Shown: positions 8,772-17,705 of the stretch, one piece after another | Layout: each line of letters opens with the position of its first letter | How positions within the stretch are numbered: position 1 is the first letter of the stretch | Source: Candidatus Kerfeldbacteria bacterium | Lineage (GTDB): Bacteria; Patescibacteriota; Patescibacteriia; SBBC01; CAIJZX01 | Direction: 5' to 3' | DNA: 64,000 nucleotides | NCBI GenBank assembly: GCA_963731735.1 | Contig: CAVSWO010000001.1 | Span: 761 to 64,760 of the forward strand | Notes under the pieces: generated by a model | Databases searched by the model: none | Told to the model about the DNA's origin: nothing | What the model saw: only the letters and a program-made list of their open reading frames with translations | Made by a program: the position numbers and the translations under genes

Positions 8772-10566
8772 ATCCACTCGGTATGTTTTTGTGATGGGCG
8801 GCGTCTTGTCAGGTCTCGGCAAGGGGATTGCCGTATCTTCCATCGGCCGATTGCTCAGCAGTCTCGGTTATCGGGTCTCGGCCATGAAAATTGATCCGTA
8901 TATTAATGTTGACGCCGGCACCATGAACCCGACCGAGCATGGTGAAGTCTTTGTGACCCAGGATGGCCTCGAAACTGATCAGGACATTGGCAACTACGAA
9001 CGCTTCCTGGATACGGCCCTGACCCGTGACAGTTACATGACCACCGGGCAAGTCTACCTGTCAGTGATTGAGCGTGAACGGGCTTTGCAGTATCGGGGAA
9101 AATGCGTCGAAGTCGTTCCGCATGTGCCGGAGGAGGTGATCCGTCGGATCGAACGGGCGGCCGCGAAGAACCGGGCCGAAATCCAATTGGTCGAAATCGG
9201 CGGTACGGTCGGCGAGTATCAAAATCTCCTGTTTCTGGAAGCCGCCCGGATGATGCATTTACGCCAACCGGGACTGGTTCAATTTATTCTGGTCAGTTAT
9301 TTACCAATCCCGTCGCCGCTGGGGGAGATGAAAACCAAGCCGACACAATACGCCACCCGGACCCTCAATTCAGCCGGCATCCAGCCCGACTTTATCCTCG
9401 GCCGGTCGGCCCAGCCGCTGGATCAGCCCCGCAAAGAGCGGCTATCAATTTTTTGCAATATGCATCCCGGCGATATCATTTCGGCGCCGGATGTCAAAAC
9501 GATTTACGAAGTCCCGTTGAATTTCGCCAAGGAGCGGCTGGCCGAAAAAATCCTGCAGAAATTTGGCTTGCAGCCACGAACCAAGGACATGGTAGCATGG
9601 CGGCGCTTCGTCCGGCGCGCCAAGAAACCAACGGGCCAGCTCCGGATCGGCCTGGTCGGCAAATATTTTCAAACCGGAAGCTTTACCTTGGCGGATTCTT
9701 ACGTCTCGGTGATTGAGGCCATCAAGCATGCCGCCTGGTCGCTTGGGCTACAACCCGAATTGACGTGGCTGAATGCTGAACAATTCGAACGGCATCCGGC
9801 TCGGGTCAAGCAGCTGGCGGATTTTGACGGCGTGATTGTGCCCGGTGGGTTCGGTCGCCGCGGCGTGGAAGGTATCATCACCGCCATTGAATATTGCCGA
9901 ATCCAGCGGGTGCCATACTTGGGATTATGTTACGGCTTGCAATTGGCGGCCGTAGAATTTGCCCGTCACGTCCTCAAAAAATCACGCGCCCATACCACCG
10001 AAGTCAATCCAAAAACGCCTGATCCGGTCGTCGATGTCATGCCTGAGCAAGCCGAGCATGTTGACCGGCAAACGCTGGGCGGGACGATGCGGCTGGGGAC
10101 CTACCGCTGTCAGCTCACGGCCGGGACGCGCGTGGCGGACGCCTACGGCGTTCGGGTGATCGGTGAGCGACATCGCCATCGCTACGAGTTCAATAATTCC
10201 TACCGACAAAAATTTTCCGAGGCCGGCATGGTGGTGGCCGGTCGCGAACCGCAGCGCGGATTAGTCGAAATCTTGGAGGTCCGCGATCATCCGTGGTTCG
10301 TCGGGACGCAGTTTCATCCGGAATTTCTTTCGCACCCGCTCAAACCACACCCGCTGTTTGTCGGCTTTTTGCGAGCCGCAAAAAAACGGCTGGCCAGCCG
10401 TCAGTCCGGTCAACACCTTAAGCAGGTTAGCGAACGTGTACCACCCGCCGCATCACGCGCCGGCCGTCGTAGCGGAGCTTCGACTTCCGTTCAAAAGCCA
10501 CCACGCCGTTCGCGGTCGCGAACAACGTATCGTCGCCGCCGCGCTGGACATTCTGACCCGGAATAA
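8764..10566 (+). CDS. pyrG: CTP synthase, with an unusual C-terminal extension of about 55 aa
   Basis: [31 protein letters not shown]... with a glutamine amidotransferase domain (GLCYGLQ, HPEF). The ORF continues past the usual end ([10 protein letters not shown]) into a basic low-complexity tail that overlaps rpmA. Confidence 0.93.
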   Translation: MAKSTRYVFVMGGVLSGLGKGIAVSSIGRLLSSLGYRVSAMKIDPYINVDAGTMNPTEHGEVFVTQDGLETDQDIGNYERFLDTALTRDSYMTTGQVYLSVIERERALQYRGKCVEVVPHVPEEVIRRIERAAAKNRAEIQLVEIGGTVGEYQNLLFLEAARMMHLRQPGLVQFILVSYLPIPSPLGEMKTKPTQYATRTLNSAGIQPDFILGRSAQPLDQPRKERLSIFCNMHPGDIISAPDVKTIYEVPLNFAKERLAEKILQKFGLQPRTKDMVAWRRFVRRAKKPTGQLRIGLVGKYFQTGSFTLADSYVSVIEAIKHAAWSLGLQPELTWLNAEQFERHPARVKQLADFDGVIVPGGFGRRGVEGIITAIEYCRIQRVPYLGLCYGLQLAAVEFARHVLKKSRAHTTEVNPKTPDPVVDVMPEQAEHVDRQTLGGTMRLGTYRCQLTAGTRVADAYGVRVIGERHRHRYEFNNSYRQKFSEAGMVVAGREPQRGLVEILEVRDHPWFVGTQFHPEFLSHPLKPHPLFVGFLRAAKKRLASRQSGQHLKQVSERVPPAASRAGRRSGASTSVQKPPRRSRSRTTYRRRRAGHSDPE

Positions 10567-10699
10567 ACCGGGCGCCGCGTTGGCGGACTAAAATATTACC
10601 GGCTTTGGCGCGCTGGCCGGCAAAGAGTTTGACGCCGAGTCGTTTGCTTTGGGAATCGCGGCCAAGATTTGTGGAGCCGCCGGATTTAGTATGGGCCAT
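10427..10699 (-). CDS. rpmA: 50S ribosomal protein L27
   Basis: [51 protein letters not shown] matches L27. Confidence 0.9.
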   Translation of the reverse strand: MAHTKSGGSTNLGRDSQSKRLGVKLFAGQRAKAGNILVRQRGARFIPGQNVQRGGDDTLFATANGVVAFERKSKLRYDGRRVMRRVVHVR

Positions 10700-10750
10700 A
10701 GGTCAGAAATTGCTCAGCCAGTGTACAGATTCCCGGCTAGCCTGTCAAGT

Positions 10751-11020
10751 CTAGGAGCTGGGGCTGCTGGCGGCTGGAAAAATATTGGCTGAAACCGCCG
10801 GAATTTTCGAAAAACTTTTCGGCGCGGCCAGGGCTTGATTGAACGAATCGAGCTTAGCTTGATTGACTTCGGTCTGGCGGGCTGCCACGAAAGCGCTATC
10901 CAGCGTTTGATCGAAGACCAGACTTTGCATCTCCCAGGCCATCCAGGCCAACAACAGTAAACCGACCACGACTGCCAAGGCGTTCGGTCGACGATTGAGA
11001 AGTTGTTTCAGTAGGCGCAT
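10751..11020 (-). CDS. small membrane protein at the distal end of the pilus operon
   Basis: 89 aa with one TM (ALAVVVGLLLLAWMAW). It starts 4 nt downstream of the pilO stop. Confidence 0.35.
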   Translation of the reverse strand: MRLLKQLLNRRPNALAVVVGLLLLAWMAWEMQSLVFDQTLDSAFVAARQTEVNQAKLDSFNQALAAPKSFSKIPAVSANIFPAASSPSS

Positions 11021-11024
11021 AGGT

Positions 11025-11549
11025 TTATTGCCAAATAGTCGTCGCGTTGACTGACGCGGTAATCGCTGAATCGGCGCCTGGTTGGAGGGTCACCGATTGG
11101 ATGGCGATCAACGGCTGCGTCGTTTGAATGGCTCGCAGACTGTCCAGCACATCCGACAGCGCACCGCTGATGCTGAGGACTACGGTCCGGGCCACCGGTT
11201 GGGTACCGGGTACCACGTCCGCCACGTTTGAAAGTTCAACCGTCACGTGATGGGCCGGGCCAAAGCTGTCCCAACGCGTAAAAAATGACTCTTCATCAGC
11301 AAATTTCCAAATTTGGGAATTCAGGTCCTGTTGCTGTTGACTCAAGGTGGTTAACTGGCGTTTCAACGCTTGAAGATTCATTTGCTGATCGGACACGTAG
11401 GCGGCGTTGGCCCGGGTGTTATCAATTGAGGTTCGTAAGGTTTGTAAACCCGGAAGTTGGATGATAAAAAATGCAAACAATCCAACCACGGCCAGACCAC
11501 CGATGCCGGCGAGCCCAATCATCAGAGATTGTTGACGGGAAATTTTCAT
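11025..11549 (-). CDS. pilO: type IV pilus assembly protein PilO-like
   Basis: 174 aa: N-terminal TM, a coiled-coil, then a periplasmic domain. It lies after pilM-pilN in conserved order and overlaps the pilN stop. Confidence 0.6.
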   Translation of the reverse strand: MKISRQQSLMIGLAGIGGLAVVGLFAFFIIQLPGLQTLRTSIDNTRANAAYVSDQQMNLQALKRQLTTLSQQQQDLNSQIWKFADEESFFTRWDSFGPAHHVTVELSNVADVVPGTQPVARTVVLSISGALSDVLDSLRAIQTTQPLIAIQSVTLQPGADSAITASVNATTIWQ

Positions 11550-12091
11550 GAGGCTGGAGGGGTTTGAAAAGTGGCGGTGTAGTGAAACGGCAACGCTTCT
11601 CGGCGACTGGCCTGTGAATCGGTTTGGACATTTTTCAGGTGCGGCTCTTGCTTCAGCAACGTGTCCAAACTGATAAAATCCGCTCGAGTTTGGGCCGTCC
11701 CGCTATAGCTGATATCACCGGCCAGATTGAGGGTCAGTTGCTCGAGCGTGACGTTGGCGGGGAGGAGGTTCAAAGCGGTGGCGATATCGCCGGCCCAATC
11801 ACGATTGGTGGGCAGGGCGGTGGCCAGCGGGGTAATGGTGTTATTCAGCGTGCGAATTTGGTTGGTGATTGTTCCAATCTCCGAATTGGCTGATTGGCGC
11901 TGCAATTGCTCAAGCGATTGCTGGGCTGACGATTGTTTTCGGACCAGCCACTGATCGGCGGCCACGGCCAAGCCGTTGCCCACGAGCACAAAAATGACGA
12001 CCAGGCTGATCACCTTTCGCCACCGTAAAACAGTCGCCCGTTGGCGTAGGGCCTGTTTCCGCTCGGGGGGTAACAGATTTAGCCGGATCAT
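11546..12091 (-). CDS. pilN: type IV pilus assembly protein PilN
   Basis: MIRLNLLPPERKQ... is the characteristic PilN N-terminus, followed by a single TM. Confidence 0.7.
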   Translation of the reverse strand: MIRLNLLPPERKQALRQRATVLRWRKVISLVVIFVLVGNGLAVAADQWLVRKQSSAQQSLEQLQRQSANSEIGTITNQIRTLNNTITPLATALPTNRDWAGDIATALNLLPANVTLEQLTLNLAGDISYSGTAQTRADFISLDTLLKQEPHLKNVQTDSQASRREALPFHYTATFQTPPAS

Positions 12092-13125
12092 AGCGTTCCC
12101 TCAAAATTACTGAGTGCCAAACCGAAGGCGGTGGCATAGGTAAAACCAATCGACGGATCAAGATCATGGTCGTGTTGCCGGAGTTCTTCAGTAATCCAGG
12201 ACGGCTGAATCGTGACCGGTCGCTTGAGTCGCGCCTGGAGTTCCTGATCTATCATCCGCATCTGGGCGCCGCTGCCGGTGAGAAAAATCTGTTCAATCGG
12301 TTGATGACTGGTAACATGTTCATGATAAAACGTTTCAACCTCAGCGATTTTTTCAACCAAGTTGTCTAAAAATGGAGCCAGGACGGTCCGCAGCATGCCT
12401 TTCCCGCGGTTTGGATCCAAGCCAAAAATTTGTTTGGCTCGTTCGGCTTGTTCTTCGGTAATGTGCAGCTGTTCGGCGATAAATTTGTTCAATTCCGTGC
12501 CGGCATACCGGACGGTGGCTGAGAAAAGCACGAAGCCATGTTGAACCAAAATCAAAGTGGAACGGGTTCGGCCGAGATCAAGGATAATCGTGGCGTGATC
12601 ATGAATCGGTTTACGAAGGGTGCCGCGGGCAATGGCCACCGATTCAATTTCAATTCCCAAAGGCTCGATGTTACTTTCTTCCAGCACCGACAGATAGCCT
12701 TCCACAAAAGTTTTTGGAGCCGCTCCAATCAGGACCGAAGTATGTTCGTCAGCTTGGCCGGTGTGGACCGATTGCCAGTCGAAATAGACTTCGTCCCAGG
12801 CATACGGCAGGTGATGCATGGCTTCATCTTTGACGGCCTGGGAGAGACCATCGGCTCGGTTGTTCGGAATTTCAATCAATTTCAAAAAGGTGTGACGTTC
12901 GGGCAGTGAGACATAGGCCTCATGGTTCTTGATGCCGGCCGCCTTGAGTAACTGCTGCAAGAGGCGACTGACGCCTTTTGGATCGTGAATATCACCATCT
13001 TCGATCAGGCCGGACGGAACCGGTATTTCGCCCCGAATCGGCAAATACATACTCCGTCCCCGCCGCGTCAAGAGGGCCAGGCGGATCCAAGCGTCACTGA
13101 TGTCGAGTCCAAAAGCCGGATGCAT
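12088..13125 (-). CDS. pilM: type IV pilus assembly ATPase-like protein PilM (actin fold)
   Basis: 345 aa with an FtsA/actin-like fold signature, sitting between pilC and pilN. Confidence 0.85.
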   Translation of the reverse strand: MHPAFGLDISDAWIRLALLTRRGRSMYLPIRGEIPVPSGLIEDGDIHDPKGVSRLLQQLLKAAGIKNHEAYVSLPERHTFLKLIEIPNNRADGLSQAVKDEAMHHLPYAWDEVYFDWQSVHTGQADEHTSVLIGAAPKTFVEGYLSVLEESNIEPLGIEIESVAIARGTLRKPIHDHATIILDLGRTRSTLILVQHGFVLFSATVRYAGTELNKFIAEQLHITEEQAERAKQIFGLDPNRGKGMLRTVLAPFLDNLVEKIAEVETFYHEHVTSHQPIEQIFLTGSGAQMRMIDQELQARLKRPVTIQPSWITEELRQHDHDLDPSIGFTYATAFGLALSNFEGTL

Positions 13126-13128
13126 AGG

Positions 13129-14349
13129 TTAGTTAATTTGATCGGACAGCGAATAAATCGGCAACAAAATTGCCAGCGCCATGCCGGCCACGCCGGCTCC
13201 GAGGACCAGCAACAGGATTGGTTCAATAATCGTTGAAAGGTTTGACATGGTTTGATCAACTTCTTCCTCAAAAAAGACCGCCAATTCACCGGAGACTTCA
13301 TCTAAGGTTCCGCTTTCTTCCCCGACGTTGATCATTTGTTCGACCAGCGGGGGATAGAGGGCTGGGTATTGGCTCAGGACTTTACTAATGGTCGCCCCGC
13401 TGCGCAAGGCTTGGGCGGCTTGCTCCATCGATGCGCTATAGTGGGCGCTGCTCATGGTGCGGGAAATGATTTGGAAAGATTGAATAATCGGAATATCGGT
13501 TGAAAGCATCGAGCTTAAGCTTCGGGTAAACCGCGCCAGGTTTATTTTTTTAACTATCGGTCCGGCTACGGGCGCATGCAATAACAGGCTGTCGTAGAGC
13601 TGGCGGCCCCGCGGTTGGCGACCGAACCAGATCAGCAATACAACCAAGCCGATCAATCCTAGGCCAATCCAGATGCCCTGATGAATCAAGGTGTCGCTCA
13701 GCCAAATCAGAATGCGGGTCGGGAGCGGGAGCTGCGCGTTATTCTGTTGAAAAACCTCGAGCAATTTTGGGACCACAAAGGTAATCATGGCCACCCCGGC
13801 GCCGATCATGGCCACGATCACGACTATCGGATAGGTCATGGCTCCCTTGACCTTACTGACCAAGGCGTGATCTTTCTTCATTTGGACCGTCAAGTTTTTT
13901 AAGACCTCGTCGAGTTTTCCGCTGGATTCGCCGGCCGCGATCATATTCACAAACAGTTCCGGAAAAATTTTCGGATGTTTTTTCAAGGCTTGGGAAAAAT
14001 TCGTGCCGGCCTCAAGATCACTCTGCAAGGTCAGCAGCACTTTTTTAAAATATTTATGGCTGGTTTGAATCGCCAAGACGCCCATTGCCCGGCCGATCGA
14101 GAAACCGCCACGTAACATGACGCCTAAATTTTGCGTAAAGAAAATCTTTTGCACAACCGGCACGCCCTGCAGTCGCTCAAACCAGGAATTCAAATCTCGT
14201 TTACTCAAATCCGTGACACTCGAAGAGGTCAGGGTCAACTGCTGCTGAGCCTTTAATCCGGCCGCCAAATCTTTTTCGTTGGCAGCCACCAGATTGCCTT
14301 TGATGATTTTCCCAGCGGTGTTTTTAGCGGTGTATTGGTAGACCGGCAT
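13129..14349 (-). CDS. pilC: type IV pilus inner-membrane platform protein PilC (GspF family)
   Basis: 406 aa with two GspF repeats and 3 TM helices. Confidence 0.9.
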   Translation of the reverse strand: MPVYQYTAKNTAGKIIKGNLVAANEKDLAAGLKAQQQLTLTSSSVTDLSKRDLNSWFERLQGVPVVQKIFFTQNLGVMLRGGFSIGRAMGVLAIQTSHKYFKKVLLTLQSDLEAGTNFSQALKKHPKIFPELFVNMIAAGESSGKLDEVLKNLTVQMKKDHALVSKVKGAMTYPIVVIVAMIGAGVAMITFVVPKLLEVFQQNNAQLPLPTRILIWLSDTLIHQGIWIGLGLIGLVVLLIWFGRQPRGRQLYDSLLLHAPVAGPIVKKINLARFTRSLSSMLSTDIPIIQSFQIISRTMSSAHYSASMEQAAQALRSGATISKVLSQYPALYPPLVEQMINVGEESGTLDEVSGELAVFFEEEVDQTMSNLSTIIEPILLLVLGAGVAGMALAILLPIYSLSDQIN

Positions 14350-14352
14350 GGA

Positions 14353-16074
14353 TTATTCCTTGGTAACCCGGATAACTTCTTCAATCGTAGTCACGCCGGC
14401 CTTGGCCTTCAAGAATCCATCTTGGATTAAGGTGACCATGCCGTTCTTGATGGCCACCGCCTGCAAGTCGATGGCGGTCCCGTGTTCGAGAATCGTCTTG
14501 GCGATTTCCGGATTGATTTCCAACACCTCGTAAATCCCGATCCGCCCCTTGTAGCCATCGTTATTACAGCGCCGACAGCCACGGCCTCGGTAAAACAACA
14601 ATTCCTCGGCTTTCTGGCCTTTGACAATTTGTCCCTCCTGGACCAGCGTCTCGAGCAAGTATTGGACATTGATCTGTTTTTCTAACTGGGCGATGGCCTT
14701 GGAAGTCAGGGTGTAGCTTTCGATGCAATTCTGGCAAATCTTTCGAACCAACCGTTGGGCCACAATCAGGTTAGTGGTACTGGCGATCAGAAAGGCCGGC
14801 ACCTTCATTTCCGTTAAACGCGGTAAGACCGTCACGGCGTCGTTGGTGTGAATCGTGGCCAGCACCAGGTGGCCGGTCAGCGCGGCGTTGGCTGAAATTT
14901 CAGCCGTTTCTTCATCCCGAATTTCACCCACCATTATGATGTTCGGGTCTTGGCGCAACAAAGCCCGCAAGCCGGAAGCGAAGGTCATGCCAATTTTTGG
15001 ATTAACTTGGGTTTGGTTGACGCGCGGCATCCGATATTCAATCGGATCCTCGATCGTCGAGATGTTGACCTTGGGAGTATTGAGAATGTTTACGATGGTG
15101 TAGAGGGTGGTCGTTTTTCCGGAACCGGTCGGACCGCTGACGAAAATTTGTCCATGCGGCTTGATGATATTGCGCTTCACGATCGTTAAGTTTTTCTCCG
15201 AAAGACCGATTTGTTCGAGCGTCAAAACTTGCCCGGATTCGTTGAGCAGACGCAAGACCAGTTTTTCACCGTCGTAAACTGGGAGAATACTTACCCGAAA
15301 GGCGACGTTATAATCATCATTAGAAATTTTAAACCGTCCGTCTTGCGGTAAGCGATGCTCGTCGATTTTCAGATTGGCTAAGATTTTAATCCGGGCCACT
15401 ACGCCGGGCTGAACTTTTTTTGGTAGGGTCATGACTTCCCGCAAGACGCCGTCAATCCGGTAGCGAACGATGGTATCCTTTTCGGTTGGTTCAATGTGAA
15501 TGTCCGAAGCGCCTTCGAAAATCGCGTATTCAAGCAAGGTATCAACCACCCGGATGACCGGCACATCGGTGGCTAATTGTTTGAGGTCGGCTTCATTGTC
15601 GGCCCCTTCTTTGACTGTCGAAATATTTTCAAACTCAGCCTTTAATCCCTTGTGGTACTGCTTTAAAGCGGATTTGATGCCGGCCGGGGTGGTCAAATGA
15701 ATGACCGGCTTCAAGCCGGTTTTCTTGTCGATAAAATCGATGATTTGGAGGTCATCGGGATCGAGCATGGCCACTTTGACGCTGGTATCCGACTTGTCAA
15801 AGGTGACGACGTTATGCGACTGGATGATTGTTTCCGGCAGCAGGGTCAGGATATCGCGTCGAATGGTTTGGGCCGATATGTCGACAAAGGGGATTTTCCA
15901 GGCATTTGCCAACGTTTCGTACAACAATTCCTCGGTGACGAGATTCGAACCGGTTAATTCTTCAGCCAGGGAGATGTGTTTATCAGCCGCTTGACGGGCC
16001 GCGCCGTCAATTTGGTCTTCACTCAGCAGCTTATTATCCAGCAGGACTTGGCGAATTGATCGTTGATGTGGCAT
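14353..16074 (-). CDS. pilB: type IV pilus assembly ATPase PilB (GspE family)
   Basis: Walker A VSGPTGSGKTTTLY, a Walker B/His box, and a C-terminal tetracysteine motif (CQNC...CRRCNNDGYKGRIGIYEV). Confidence 0.93.
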   Translation of the reverse strand: MPHQRSIRQVLLDNKLLSEDQIDGAARQAADKHISLAEELTGSNLVTEELLYETLANAWKIPFVDISAQTIRRDILTLLPETIIQSHNVVTFDKSDTSVKVAMLDPDDLQIIDFIDKKTGLKPVIHLTTPAGIKSALKQYHKGLKAEFENISTVKEGADNEADLKQLATDVPVIRVVDTLLEYAIFEGASDIHIEPTEKDTIVRYRIDGVLREVMTLPKKVQPGVVARIKILANLKIDEHRLPQDGRFKISNDDYNVAFRVSILPVYDGEKLVLRLLNESGQVLTLEQIGLSEKNLTIVKRNIIKPHGQIFVSGPTGSGKTTTLYTIVNILNTPKVNISTIEDPIEYRMPRVNQTQVNPKIGMTFASGLRALLRQDPNIIMVGEIRDEETAEISANAALTGHLVLATIHTNDAVTVLPRLTEMKVPAFLIASTTNLIVAQRLVRKICQNCIESYTLTSKAIAQLEKQINVQYLLETLVQEGQIVKGQKAEELLFYRGRGCRRCNNDGYKGRIGIYEVLEINPEIAKTILEHGTAIDLQAVAIKNGMVTLIQDGFLKAKAGVTTIEEVIRVTKE

Positions 16075-16107
16075 TTTGTCTTGGATTTTCGCTTGAAAGC
16101 GAAACTA

Positions 16108-16136
16108 TTATAGCAAAATTGCCTATGGAGGTCAAC
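16108..16136 (-). promoter_or_regulatory. consensus sigma70 promoter of the pil operon (TTGACC-17-TATAAT on the minus strand)
   Basis: The reverse complement of 16108-16136 reads TTGACCtccataggcaattttgcTATAAT. The perfect inverted repeat tttcgct-tgaa-agcgaaa at 16088-16105 lies at the predicted TSS/5'UTR. Confidence 0.6.
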
Positions 16137-16180
16137 GTGCCTGGCGGGGGTGTCCGCCGAAATTATCAGCCGAAAAGAAA

Positions 16181-16209
16181 TTGACGCTCTGCAGACAGCC
16201 AGATACACT
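16181..16209 (+). promoter_or_regulatory. putative divergent promoter for the mraY-containing cluster (TTGACG-17-TACACT)
   Basis: -35 at 16181-16186 and -10 at 16204-16209. Confidence 0.4.
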
Positions 16210-16241
16210 ACCAGCAACGTAATTTCGGTAGGTAAGTAATT

Positions 16242-16622
16242 TTGATGCAAATCTTTCCGCGAGTCTTTCAGAGTGGCTTTCGGGCTGCCTGGGCAGACCG
16301 CGTTGTTCGGTGGCTCAGTATCCTGAGTGTCGCGGTGCTGGCGGCTGAGTGGGGGTTAGTGACTTGGGCGGTGCCGCGCGGCGGTCAATTTTTACCGATC
16401 CACTACACCGTCTATTTCGGCATTGATTTGACCGGCGCCTGGAATCGGCTGCTGATGATTCCGATCGCGGCAACGGCAATTTTTCTCTGGCATTTGATCG
16501 TTAGTGGCTGGCGGAATGACCAGGTTTGGCGGCGAACGTGGGTGCTGCTCGGTCTGATCCTCGTCATGTTACTGGCGCTTGGGTTAGGTGCCATTTGGTT
16601 TAATCATATTCATCACTCGTGA
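16242..16622 (+). CDS. small membrane protein (4 TM) preceding mraY
   Basis: 126 aa. The start is TTG at 16242 or ATG at 16245, with AGGTAAG 10 nt upstream. The stop overlaps the mraY GTG start. Confidence 0.5.
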   Translation: MMQIFPRVFQSGFRAAWADRVVRWLSILSVAVLAAEWGLVTWAVPRGGQFLPIHYTVYFGIDLTGAWNRLLMIPIAATAIFLWHLIVSGWRNDQVWRRTWVLLGLILVMLLALGLGAIWFNHIHHS

Positions 16623-17659
16623 CCGATACCATTACACAACTCTTCATCCTGCTGGTCGTTAGTTCCCTGGTCAGCGCGGCTATCACGCCGGCCTTAACTA
16701 ATTTTCTCTATCGACACCGGCTCGGTAAACAAATTCGGGATGCCCGGGAAACGCCGATCTATAGCGCCCTGCACGCCAAAAAATCAGGCACGCCCACCAT
16801 GGGCGGGATAATTATCTGGGGCACCACCTTGGCCATCACGGTCGGGGCTTGGGTATTAGCCGAGATCGTACCGACCGGATTTTGGCATCAGATTAATTTT
16901 TGGTCCCGGGCGGAAACCTATTTACCAATCGCCGCGCTGCTGGGAGCGGCCGTGATTGGACTGGTCGACGATTTCTACAATGTTCGTCAACGGGGCGCCC
17001 ACGGCGGCGGCTTACGAGCCCGCCATCGGTTACTGCTCTACACGATCATCGCGGTGATTGGTGCCTGGTGGTTTACGCTGAAACTTGATTGGACCACGTT
17101 GCATGTCCCGTTTGTCGGAAGTTTTGATATCGGCTTCTGGTATTTCCCGATTTTTATTCTGGTGATTGTGGCTACCTCGTTTTCCCTGAACAACGCCGAT
17201 GGTTTGGATGGACTCTCTGGCGGGTTTACGCTGGCGGCCCTGGCGGCCTACATGGCGATTGCCTTCAGTCAGGGTAAAGTCGAGCTGGCTTCTTTGATCG
17301 CGGTGCTGATCGGGAGCTTGATAACATTTTTATGGTTCAATATCCCGCCGGCTCGATTTTTTATGGGTGATACTGGGTCGATGTCCCTTGGGGTGACGCT
17401 CGGGGTGATTGCAATGCTGACCAACACGGCTTTGCTCTTGCCAATTATCGCGCTCCCGCTGGTGATTGAGTCGGTTTCTATACTACTGCAGTTATTTTGG
17501 CGGCGGGTTTTCCATCGCAAACTGTTGCTGTCCGCTCCGTTGCACCATCATTTGGAAGCCAAGGGCTGGAGCGAACCGAAAATTGTCATGCGTTCCTGGT
17601 TGATCGGCGCGTTGACCGCGGTAGCCGGTTTGATCCTCTTTTTTATCGACCACTCATAA
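16619..17659 (+). CDS. mraY: phospho-N-acetylmuramoyl-pentapeptide transferase
   Basis: NADGLDGLSGG motif, polytopic, and classic position upstream of murD. Confidence 0.95.
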   Translation: MTDTITQLFILLVVSSLVSAAITPALTNFLYRHRLGKQIRDARETPIYSALHAKKSGTPTMGGIIIWGTTLAITVGAWVLAEIVPTGFWHQINFWSRAETYLPIAALLGAAVIGLVDDFYNVRQRGAHGGGLRARHRLLLYTIIAVIGAWWFTLKLDWTTLHVPFVGSFDIGFWYFPIFILVIVATSFSLNNADGLDGLSGGFTLAALAAYMAIAFSQGKVELASLIAVLIGSLITFLWFNIPPARFFMGDTGSMSLGVTLGVIAMLTNTALLLPIIALPLVIESVSILLQLFWRRVFHRKLLLSAPLHHHLEAKGWSEPKIVMRSWLIGALTAVAGLILFFIDHS

Positions 17660-17669
17660 CGTTTCCGCC

Positions 17670-17698
17670 TTGTTTCCAAGGTGATTTTATGGTATAAT
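17670..17698 (+). promoter_or_regulatory. promoter with an extended -10 (TTGTTT-17-TGgTATAAT) directly in front of murD
   Basis: -10 TATAAT at 17693-17698 preceded by TG. The murD ATG at 17706 coincides with the predicted TSS, so the mRNA would be leaderless. Confidence 0.45.
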
Positions 17699-17705
17699 CT
17701 GGCGG

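Noticed and set aside
8365-8843. ORFs overlapping rplI and pyrG in other frames.
   Set aside because: They are alternate frames of conserved genes.
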